From: the human T2T-CHM13v2.0 reference genome, Homo sapiens
NCBI RefSeq assembly: GCF_009914755.1
Contig: NC_060929.1
Length of the DNA: 64,000 nucleotides
Reading direction: 5' to 3' (one strand)
The position numbers and the translations under genes were made by a program. The notes beneath the pieces were generated by a model. The model searched no databases. It saw only the letters and a list, made by a program, of their open reading frames with translations, and was not told the origin of the DNA. Shown here piece after piece: positions 51,574 to 64,000 of the stretch (the stretch's first letter is position 1; every line of letters begins with the position of its first letter).

Positions 51574-52966
51574 AATTGGACTTCATCAAAATAAAAACTT
51601 TGGTGCCTCAGAGGACACTACCAAGAAAGCAAAAAGACAGCCTACAAAATGGGAGACAACATTTACAAACCTTGCGTCTGATAAGTCCTTTATATAGTCT
51701 ACTTTCTAGAATATATAAAGGACTCGTCCAACTCAAAAACAAAAAGACAATCCAGTTGAAAATGGGCAGAGAATGTGAATAAACAGTTCTCCAGAGAAGA
51801 TATACAAATGGCCAATGAACACATGAAAAGATACTCAGCATCATTAGTCATTAGAGAAATGCTACTCAAAACCTCGATGAGATACCACTTTACACCCACT
51901 AGGATGCCTACAATAAAAAAGACAGACAAAACAAGTGTTAATGAGGATGTGGAGTTGGAACCCTTATATAGTACTGGACTCCCTCCTTGGTCAAACTTTA
52001 GCCAGCCTCCTCTTAGGCCTCTTCTCTATTAGGCATTATTGTTAACCTGCTCTCCTTGCTGTGCTGAGCCCGCTTTAGCAAAAATTGTGCCAAGCCAGTT
52101 TAACTAGAATCACGCACCCTTGGTGTCCAACCAGGTTCCTCTTGGTACTCTTCCATCCACAGACTCCCTCACTCTGCCCATTGCTATAAATCTCCAGCTG
52201 CCCCTGTTGTACTCAAAGTTCAGTTCAATTTCTCTTATTGCAATAGTCTTGAATAAAGCATTTCTTGCCTGTTTAATTCTATTCAATGCAATAGATTTAT
52301 CATTGCATTACAAATGCATTTTTACCGTCTAATATAATTTTTTGTAACGCTAGTGAGAATTTTAAATCAAACAGCTACTTTAGAAAGCAGTTTAGCACTT
52401 TCTCAAGTGGTTAAACATAGAGTTACTCAGCAATTCCACTCTTACGTATATACTCAAGAGAATTGAAAACATATGTTCACACAAAAACTTGCATGTGAAT
52501 ATTCATAGAATAATTATTCATAATAGCCAAAAAGTGAAAACAACTCAAATCAACTAATGAATGGATAATCAAAATGTCCATAAATAACCATAAATGGAAT
52601 ATTATTCATCCATAAAAATAAATAGTACTGATATATGCTAAAACATGGATGACTATGAAAACATTATGGTTAGTGAAAGAAGCCAGACATAAAAGGCCAT
52701 ATATTGTATAATTCCATTTCTATGAAATGCCCAGAAGAGGATAATCCATAGAGACAGATAAGAAATTGGTGGTTGGCAGAGCTGGGGGAAGACAGAAATT
52801 GAGAGGCACTGCTCAGGGGTATTATAATAGATTTATTTTTGCGGTGATGAAAATGTTCTGGAATTAGATAGTGGTGATAGTTACATGACCTTGTGAATAC
52901 ACTGAAGGCCCCAGCATTTTACACTTTAAGAGTGAGAATTTTATGGTATGTGAATTTTATTTTAAT
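51574..52966 (+). mobile_element. L1MB (L1MB5-8-like) 3' end, split by a MER31-like LTR
   Basis: ttggacttcatcaaaataaaaac; ggtgatgaaaatgttctggaattagatagtggtgat; ttttatggtatgtgaatt. Confidence 0.9.
51970..52348 (+). mobile_element. ERV1 LTR, MER31/MER67-like
   Basis: gactccctccttggtcaaactttagccag..; ttgctataaatctcc; ttattgcaatagtcttgaataaag. Confidence 0.7.
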
Positions 52967-52976
52967 CTGTTAGAAG

Positions 52977-53478
52977 TGTAGGGGCCAAGGGAAAACTTTC
53001 TTTTTACCCTCTGAAGTTTCACTGAAAATCAACTGAAAGATGGCATATTCATAAGAGAAGACATACCAAATTTGTTAATGTGCACCGAAGAGTCATACAA
53101 AATAGGAAAACACAAAGAGAGGGCCAGATGGTTGATACTTTTATATCATCTTGAAGTTACAGAAAGAACAGGGGCTTGGAGCATGGCAAGGCAAGTTATG
53201 GGAGGAAGAGAGAAAAAAGTCATGGGGCAAAGGCAGTCTTGCGATGCAGATGAAACCTCACATGTAGCAGCTCTCAGAAAGAATAGACAGTAGCCTGCGG
53301 TTGAGTTAACCTTTTCAAGATCTGGATGCACCAATGCAGATTTTCTCTACAGATGCAAATCTCCTCCCTGCAAAAGTATCTTTTTAGCTATTCTGTGTTT
53401 CTTGCCACTGTGAATAGTTATCTTGAAATATGTCAAAGAAGTATATTTTGGGGTAAAATATTTTGGGGTGGTTCATTT
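52977..53478 (-). mobile_element. ERV1 LTR, MER34 family
   Basis: tgtaggggccaagggaaaact..ccctctgaag; aaatatgtcaaagaagtatattttggggtaaaatatt. Confidence 0.8.
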
Positions 53479-54289
53479 AAAAGTATACAAAAAAAAAAAA
53501 AACAGTGAAAAGGCATCATTTTCTAAGTGAACTTACTCCATTGTATGTTTGTGTGGTGTGTGACTTTTAAAGATTAATTTTAATTATAATGCTAAAATAT
53601 AGAATAAGAAGTGTTAATATTTCTAAACAAGTACAACATCAAAGTTAGTTATCTTTGCTCAAGCACTAAACCTAACATTGCAGTAAGCTTTTAAGGATTC
53701 ATCATTCCCAAATAGTCAATAGTAAAGGGAACAGTAACTAATGTGTAATGAATAAAGCAGTTCTGTAGCACATTGTCAAATATATATGTATTTTCTCAGG
53801 TATATAACTTATCTCTCTTGTGCTTCTCAGAAGGTTTGTGTTATCCAGTGGGGAAGGAGGCAGGGTGGAAGGAGCAGAGAGGGGAAGAGAGGAAAAAAGA
53901 AAAGAAGAGGAGAAGAAATAGTCATTAAAGCTCATCCCTGATTTCTACCTTAGGGCTTTCAAGATATTGCTGTTTTTCTCCAGCACCTAATTGAGATTAA
54001 GCATTTAGGCTGCAAAGCATTCTGTAAATTATTTTGCAATATTAATTTGTACTGGTTGAGCTGCATATCCAAGAGTTGGGAAGGAGACCACAAAACCCAG
54101 AGAGAAATAAACTGCTTTGCACAAGAAAGAAACAGGAAATTCATGGGTGAGGGGCACACAGTTAAAAACAGCTTAAAGAGAAGAGGGAGAACCTATGGAA
54201 TAAGCAGAATCCTGGTAAAATAGTGAAACATCTGGCTCTGCCTGAGGTATTGGAAAGCAGAGGGACTTTTTATTAATGTAAATACCTAA

Positions 54290-54715
54290 TGTAAGTTTAA
54301 ATCACTTGCTGAGTGGTACTTCAATTAACATCACTTTGGCAGACTTCAAAAACAAGTGATGTTATTTTGCAATACTAATATTATAATCATGAAGTTTAAA
54401 CCACTTATATCTTTATAAGAAGACTAAAAAACAAAACTGTGAAAAATAATAGCTACAACAATTTGTTAAGAGACAGGCCATACAAAAATGCAAATTGTGA
54501 CATCAAAAATTCAAAATGTTGGGGAGAAGGCAGTTAATGTGTGCAGTTTTTTGTTTGTTTGTCTCTTTTTTTGCAATCAAAGTTAAATTCTCCCATTAAA
54601 AGACAGAGTGGCCGAATGTATTAAAAAACAACAGCCAATTATATGCTGCCTACAAGAAACTCACTTCACCTACAAAGACATACATAGATTGAAAGTGAAG
54701 GGATAGAAAAAGAAA
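54290..54715 (+). mobile_element. L1M fragment: inter-ORF region and start of ORF2 endonuclease
   Basis: aaagacagagtggccgaatg..tatatgctgcctacaagaaactcacttcacc..attgaaagtgaagggatag (ICCLQETH motif). Confidence 0.8.
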
Positions 54716-56169
54716 TAAATCAAAGGCAAGTTATTTGCTTCCAAGATTCAATGATGGAACAGACATTGGTAAATATTCCCATTCCAAAAGGAAAAAATCA
54801 GCCAAAATGGTGGGTAACAGGGCCCACGCAAGTATGGAACCCAGCAGAGCAAATATTACAGTTTAAAACTCTAAAATAATCCCTCTTGACTGCACATTCT
54901 GTATCCAGGGCACACTGGTGAGAAGAGTGGGCACCCAAGGCCTTGAGCAGCCCTGTTTCCATGGCTTTGCTAGATGCAGCCTACATGGTAGTTCTCACAG
55001 GTTGGAGTTAAATGCCTTTGGCTTTTCCAGACTGAAGGTGCACATTGCCAGTGGCTATATAACTCTGGGGTTTGGAAGGTAGTGGTCCCGCTCCCACAAC
55101 TTCACTAGACAGTTCCCCAGTGGGATTCTGCGAGGGCTCCAATCCCATATTTCTGCTCAGCATTGTCCTAGTAGTCTTGCCATGGGGACTCTCCACCAGA
55201 GTAGTCTCTCTTGTGGTAGTCTTCTGCCTGAGCACCCAGGCTTTCTGCTATATCCTCTGAAATCTAGGTGGCAGGTGCCAATTCTCCACCACCACTCCTG
55301 CATTCTGCACACCTACAGACCTAACACAACATGGAAGCTGCCAAGGCTTATGGCTTGTGCCCTTTGTAGCAGTGGCTCCAGTGGTACCTGGGGCTATTTG
55401 AGCTGTGTCTGGAGGCAGAGTGGCCAGGATGAGGAGAGCAGAATGCCCAGGTGGCAAAGGATGGCAGCACCCTGGGCCTGGCCCTTGAAACCATTCTGTC
55501 TTCCTAGGCCTCTGGGCCTGTGATGGGAGGCTCAGCCTTGAAATTTTCAGAAATGCTTTTGGGAACTTTTCCCCATTGTCTTGACTATTAGCACCTGCCT
55601 GCCTTATATCTCTGCTAATCTCTCTAGCAAGTGCTTGCTTCCCAATACCCTAGGACTTCTATCTTGAAAATGCTCTTTTCTCCTCTAACACATGGCCAGG
55701 ATGTGAATTTTCTGAATTTTTCCACTCTGTTTGCTTTTTCTCTACCAGTTTACCATAAGCAGTTAGAAGTAACCACACAGCAGCCTGAGCGCTTTGCTGC
55801 TCAGAAATGTCTTCTGTCAGATACTTTAGTCATCAATCTTAAGTTCAGCCTTCCACAAAGCCCTAGGGCATGCACACAATGTAGTCAAGTTCTTCGCTAG
55901 ATGTAAAAAGGGTGATAGCTGCAGTTCCCAGTAAGTTCCTCATTTCCATTTGAGACCTCATCAACGGCCTTTCCTGACCGTATTTCTATAAGCATTTTGA
56001 TCACAACCACTTAACTAATCTCTAAAAAGTTCCAAACTTTCTCTCAAATTCTTATCTTTTTCTGAGCCCTCCAAATTCTTCCCATCTCTACCCATTACCC
56101 AGTTCAAAAGCCTCTTCTGCATTTTCAGGTATCTTTAGTGTAACACTCCACCTCTGGATACCAATTTTT
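54716..56169 (-). mobile_element. MST-int MaLR internal sequence, 3' end missing
   Basis: caagttatttgcttccaagat..cccattccaaaagg; atggaagctgccaaggctt; ttttcaggtatcttt..ggataccaattt junction. Confidence 0.9.
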
Positions 56170-56593
56170 TGTCTTAGTCTGTGTTGCTGTAAAGGAATAC
56201 CTGAGACTGGGTAATTTATAAAGAAAAGAGGTTTATTTAGCTCACAGTTCTGCAGGCTGCACAAGAAGCATGGTGAGAACATCTGCTTCTGATGAGGGCC
56301 TCAAGAAGCTTCCAATCATGGTGGAAAGTGAAGGGGAGCCAACATGTGCAGATCACATGGTGAGAGAGGAGGCAAGTGAGAGGAGGAGGTGCCAGGCTGT
56401 TTTCAACAACCATTTCTCAGGGGAACTCTCATGGAAACTAATATAGTGAGAGCTCAGTACCACAAGGATGACACCATGCCATTCATGAGGGATCTACCCC
56501 CATGACCCAAACATTCCCATTAGGCTCTACCTCTAACTTTGGCATCAAATTTTAACATGCAGTCTGAAGGGTCAAATATCCAAACTATAGTCA
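56170..56593 (-). mobile_element. MSTB-like 5' LTR
   Basis: tgtcttagtctgtgttgctgtaaaggaatacctgagactggg..caagaagcatgg..caaatatccaaactata. Confidence 0.9.
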
Positions 56594-56692
56594 GATAGAT
56601 CAATAGATGAAAAAATTGGAAAATGGCCTAATAGCAAAGTTGTAATTTCATATTTAAGCAATAGATGAGGGTAGCAGGTGGGGAGTGCATCT

Positions 56693-57073
56693 TGTCTTAG
56701 TCTGCTCAGGCTGCCATAACAAAATAGCAAACACCAGTATTTTTTACTTAAACAACAGACATTTATTTCTCACAGTTTTGGAGGCTGGGAAATCTGAGAT
56801 CAAGGTGCTGATAAATTTGATTCTTGGTGAGGGTCCAATTCCTGGCTTGCACATGGTAATCTTCTCACAGTATCCTCACCTGATGAAGAGAAGACACCCT
56901 GGTGTCTCTTTTTCTCTTGTAAGGGCATTAATGCCATCACTAGGGGCTCCACCCTCATGGTATTATCTAAACCTAGCTATCTCTCAAAGGCCTCAATTTC
57001 TAATGCCATCACATTGGAGATTAGGGCATCAAAATATGGATGTGGGGGGCACACAAATGTTCAGTCTGTAAGA
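56693..57073 (-). mobile_element. MLT1A-like LTR
   Basis: tgtcttagtctgctcaggctgccataacaaaata; ggaggctgggaaatctgagatcaaggtg; cacaaatgttcagtc. Confidence 0.88.
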
Positions 57074-57587
57074 TGGCTGGTGAGTTGGCCATGTCTTGTT
57101 AGAGTAATAGTTGACTATCCAGAATAGTTACCCTGTAGACAATTGCGTGCACCATCATAGTACTCAGCAAAGACTTACCTAAGTTCAGGATTTGGGTTTT
57201 TTAAGTCATCAACCTAAAGATCATGGTTTAAACCAAAGATGTACCTAAGGTGACACATGTAGACAGTATAAAGTGAACAAAGAAGAGGGCCAAAACCCCT
57301 GGATACTCCAAGGGACACAGAGAGAAAGGAATCTGCTTAGGAAACTAGAAGATTCTGTTAGAAAAGGAGGAGAAAGGGAATGTGGAATCAAAGAAGCGAG
57401 AGGAGTCAAAGATCAGGGAAGGGCTGAAAGATTAGCATGCAGCCACAGTCCTTCCTATTCGCCAACTATTTTGCTTACAATTTTGTTATCTGATCATTCC
57501 AGATGCTAGTAACCTGATGATAGAAAAATGCAAAAGTATCTTGACTCAGCCTGTTTTCAGTTCAGACTTTGCTACTTTTTGTGTCAC

Positions 57588-58277
57588 TGTCAGAGGTGTT
57601 GGAACCAGAGCGACTCTATTTTGAGTGAGGGCTAGGAAAATGAGGCTGGGATTTGCTGGGCTGCATTTCCAGAAGGTTAGTCATTCCTAGCCTCTAGATG
57701 TCTATGGTTAAGGGAACAAATTAATAATGTTTGCTAAACAGACCCAGACTTGGGCATGTCCAGATATCCCGATATCTGGAGAACAAAGGCATTCCTAATT
57801 TTGCTTTAAAGATAATAATATTGATTCTTGCAAAATATAGTAATCAAGCAAATTAATCCTTTATCACAAATCCTTGTAGCAGAGCACATCTCCCCATATA
57901 TACAAGTATTGTACTTAGGGTGGATGTGTTTCTCTTCTTACTTTCAGGAACATCCTACTCTGTCTATGGAGTAGACATTCTTTCACCACTTTACTCGCTT
58001 AATAAACTTGCTTTTACTTTGCACTGTGGACTCGCCCTGAATTCTTTCTTGCACGAGATCCAAGAACCCTCTCTTGGGGTCTGGATCCGGACCCCTTTCC
58101 TATAACATCTTTCTGGCAAAACCTAAAGGGACTACAGTGAGGAAACCTTTGACCCAAAGGCTAACTTTGGGTAAGTGGTGGGGTCCTGTAACATCTTTCT
58201 GGTGACACAGAAGGGACTATAGTGCAGAAACCCTGACCCAATGGCTACCTTTGGGTAAGTGCTGGGGTCCTGTAACA
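57588..58277 (+). mobile_element. ERV1 solo LTR (LTR15-like, MER41-related ends) inside a MIR
   Basis: tgtcagaggtgttggaaccagagcgactc start, aataaa at 58001, tgtaaca end; perfect 4-bp TSD tcac at 57584-57587 and 58278-58281. Confidence 0.88.
58108..58277 (+). repeat. Two tandem ~85-bp units (PBS-like, leader, GGTAAGT, att end)
   Basis: Units 58108-58193 and 58194-58277 share tctttctgg..aagggacta..gaccca..ctttgggtaagtg..ggggtcctgtaaca. Confidence 0.9.
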
Positions 58278-59419
58278 TCACCATCAGCAAATCATTTAGC
58301 CCTTCAGGAATGCAGTGTTGTCACCTACAAATGGAAATATTTCTAGCCACATCTTCTCCTTCACAGGGTTGTTGTGAATATTGGGTAAAATCATACTGTG
58401 CAAAGTGATAATATTTCAAAAGTCTCCTGCTAAGCTGCAATACCTCAACTGAGAAGGGCTTATTATCACCCATAATCACATTCATGGATGACTAATTCTC
58501 ATCAGCTTTCTCTCGGAGATGGAACATAAGCTCAAGTGATCTCAGGAAATGTCCATAGCAGGAAACACAAAGCTGGACATCAGAAGGATGCTGAGAAGAC
58601 AGATGACAACAAAGGACAGGGGGTGTTGAAGAGGAAACTTGTCCAGGACCAGAATTACTGGGAACATGAATTTACAGCATTCCAAAGTCCTTACAGTTTA
58701 ATGAAAGGAGAGGCAGTCCTTTGAACTCAAGTTTTAAAGATGTTACATTTAAAAGGCACATGCAACAGAATAGGCCCTTTCCAAGAAACAATAGCGTTTA
58801 AGTGCTGGCACAATTACCAGCAGGTTTTCTATGTTAAATATATATTCTGAAAATAGAAAGGACATTTCATACAACTTTTTCTTTAACCAAACAATCAAGA
58901 AGCAAGTGGTACAGCTCTCAGACCTTCAGATGACAATTACTGAACTCGGGGAAGAGAAATGTTTCTTCCCCTGGGACCTCTAAAATTACTGGTAACATGA
59001 CTATGGAAAATGTGTCAAATAAACCAAAGCACCAACTTCAGAGACGGAAAGTCATTGGCTTTCCTGTGAAAATATCAAATATTTCACAGTTACTTGGCCA
59101 AATGTATGCTCACATTAGGTCAACAGAACATATTGTAATATTTTTCATTTATCCTGCTCTGCATGTATTATTAACATATTACAAATAAAATGAAAGTGAT
59201 AGGTAGGAGAGAGTGCAGACTAGATGTCTTTATGGTCTAATTCGTTTTGATGAAGGCAGTTGCTATAAGGCACTTTCCCATTCAGGGGTTTAAGTCTTCC
59301 AGCCTTGGGCATAAGGAGCAGAAGAAATCCTTGGTGTAGAAATAAATGAAATAAAGAAAACAGGACTAAGGAGATGCTCTACCAAGTGGGGGATTCTAAG
59401 AGCCAAATTTTCTTCAATT

Positions 59420-59590
59420 TGTTTACTCATTCGTAAAAGGAATTCACACATCAATTATTGATTGAAACCCTTTAATGTGCCAGACACATGGAGGGGGACA
59501 TGTTGCAGGGAGAGCAGGAGGGAAGTGGATGAGGCCTTTGCTCTTAGGAAGCTTCCAATCTAGGAGAGAAGACTTCTATTAAACAATAAT
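59420..59590 (-). mobile_element. L2 3' end fragment
   Basis: ttattgattgaaaccctttaatgtgccagac..ttgctcttaggaagcttccaatctagg. Confidence 0.6.
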
Positions 59591-60451
59591 TAAACAAAGC
59601 GCCACATCACTATTTGGATAGAGAATGGGTATTGAAGGGAGATGAACAGAAACTCAACTGGGGCTATAGATATCTACGTTAATGTCTTCAACCTCTTCCT
59701 TTCCTCAGATTGCTATATGCCTCCATGCTTTTGATTCTCTCTCTTCCTTTCCCTCTCTTCCAGTGTTCCACTGATTTTAGCAACAATTAAAAAAAAAATC
59801 AAAAAAAAAAAAAAACAAGGAGTGGGGCAAGCCTTGGGTTGTGTGCCAGAAGCTGAAGAAACTCCTTAGCTCAGCATAGAATCAAATGCTAGCTTCTGTG
59901 GCAGCCAAAGTGAATCTATCAGACTAATGACATTCACAGTCTACATTGTGCTTCATCGTAATTAACCTTAAGTGGTTCGGGTAAATCACTTTAATTTGTT
60001 ATGTGTTGGCAGAATCAAACTACTTTTTTTGCTTCTTCTTCTCTTTGCCTTTTGGTTTAATCTTGTTTATCATCAACATCATAGCTTATGCTAGGAAATT
60101 ATCAGTGGAAGCCCCTGTTTTCTACTATCTGAAATTCCTTCCACAATGGAAAGAAAGGGGAGTGGTGTCTTGCATCTCAACATGATAGCTGGCATGAATG
60201 AGAGTGAAGAGCCTCTTTCCAAGCAGTTTTTGTGTTTTTAATTTCACATTCTTTTACTTGAAGAGGGCCCCCAAATCTTGGATCCACCCTTAAATGATAT
60301 TAAGACTAAAAAAGTATATAACCCATAAGAATAAAAAATGTTGACTAAAATAGATTGATATCATATCAGTGGGACATCAGAATAAAAGACATATTTGTGT
60401 GTGAGACAGAATAATAAAGGGAAGAAAAGGGCATAGAAATAAACATAGCTG

Positions 60452-60728
60452 GGCTGAGCGCAGTGGCTCATGTCTATAATCTCAACCATTTGGAGGGCTG
60501 AGAGAGGAGGATCCCTTGAGCTCAGAAGTTTGAGACTAGCCTGGGCAACATGTTGAGACCCCATAGCTACAAAATTTTTTTAAAAAAATTAGCCTGTAGT
60601 GCCAGCTACTCAAGAGGCTGAGGAAAGAGGATCACTTGAGCCCGGAGGTTGAGGCTGCAGCGAGCTGTGATCACACCACTGCACTCCACCCTGTATACAG
60701 AGCAAGACTCTGTCTCAAAATAAATAAG
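60452..60728 (+). mobile_element. AluJ with a short internal deletion at the start of the right arm
   Basis: ggaggatcccttgagctcagaagtttgag; ttagcctgtagt junction; gaggctgcagcgagctgtgatc. Confidence 0.9.
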
Positions 60729-60764
60729 TAACTGGTTTATTCTACCTTTGGTTGGGATGGAGCA

Positions 60765-61385
60765 TTCTTCAAACATTCAATGAATATTTACTGTGCACTC
60801 CTATGTGCCAGGCACAGTTCCAGAAAAATGAGATACATCAGGAAACAAAACAATCAATAATGCCTACCTTGTGGAGCTTACATTCTAACAAGGGAAGATA
60901 GACAATAAACACTAAGCATATTAAGTAAGCATATATTGCATTAGAAGGTGATAAGCATAATGGGAGGATTGGGAGTTTGGGGTAAGGACATAGAAGATTT
61001 GAAAAACACAATCAACCAACAAGATAGATGCCATACTCTGTATATGAATACTCCACGCAATAATAGCAGCAGTCACATTTTTTTCTTGCACCCATAGAAT
61101 TTCAAGATAAACAATATCCTGGAAAATAAAATGAACTTAGATAATTAAAAAGAGAAGGAAGACATTTGGCTTTTACTGAGAATGAACTGAGGCTCATTGT
61201 AGGGTGTTGAACAAAAGGGACCTTGTAAGGCTGTTCTGGCTATTGCATTTCCTCTTGTTGGGGAAGAGAGGCACAAAGCTAGAGGCTAAGAGATCAGTTA
61301 GGAGGCTGTTGCCACCACCTGAGTGAGAGATGGTGGTGGTTTGGGGTCAAGGTCTTAGCTTTGAAGGCAAAAAAGAGTAGCCTGA
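60765..61385 (-). mobile_element. L2 pieces, interrupted by a short + strand L1 endonuclease fragment (~60995-61155)
   Basis: atttactgtgcactcctatgtgccaggcac; tttggcttttactgag; cagttaggaggctgttgc; L1: aagatttgaaaaacacaatcaaccaac. Confidence 0.7.
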
Positions 61386-61499
61386 TTGTGCTAACTTCAG
61401 GGAAGTATAATACAAAATTGTTTTAATATTGCTATCATTTGAAATAATAGGGGGAATAGTAACACACCGCATCTCAGAATAGAAGCACTATTATGTCTT

Positions 61500-64000
<2,501 letters not shown>

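Noticed and set aside
57752-57780. p53 half-site gggcatgtcc and palindrome tccagatatc-cc-gatatctgga
   Set aside because: Only one good half-site; the palindrome appears to belong to the LTR consensus
58108-58277. Repeat-spacer-like pattern
   Set aside because: Two tandem retroviral leader units in primate DNA; not CRISPR

Overview
Catarrhine-primate (probably human or ape) non-coding genomic DNA, AT-rich and dominated by decayed interspersed repeats: Alu (J, S, Y, FLAM), L1 (L1PA/MA/MB/MC/ME), L2, MIR, MaLR and ERV LTRs, and DNA transposons. I find no credible protein-coding gene; the only protein-like ORFs are broken L1 ORF2 pieces. I cannot name the locus, and subfamily names come from recalled consensus motifs, not a database run. 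The most notable structures are: (1) a 107-bp, 92.5%-identical inverted duplication of apparently unique sequence (33991-34097 / 34406-34512), whose second copy is bracketed by an 11-bp direct repeat and junction microhomology; (2) a doubly truncated LTR12C core-promoter fragment fused between a cut L1 and a cut Alu; (3) a solo LTR15-like LTR with a perfect TSD that has absorbed two tandem PBS-plus-splice-donor units; (4) two tailless small-RNA retrocopies (tRNA-Ile-TAT 5' exon and U2 5' end); (5) several small patchwork templated-insertion scars. I see no evidence of a new gene system; the signals are structural and evolutionary.
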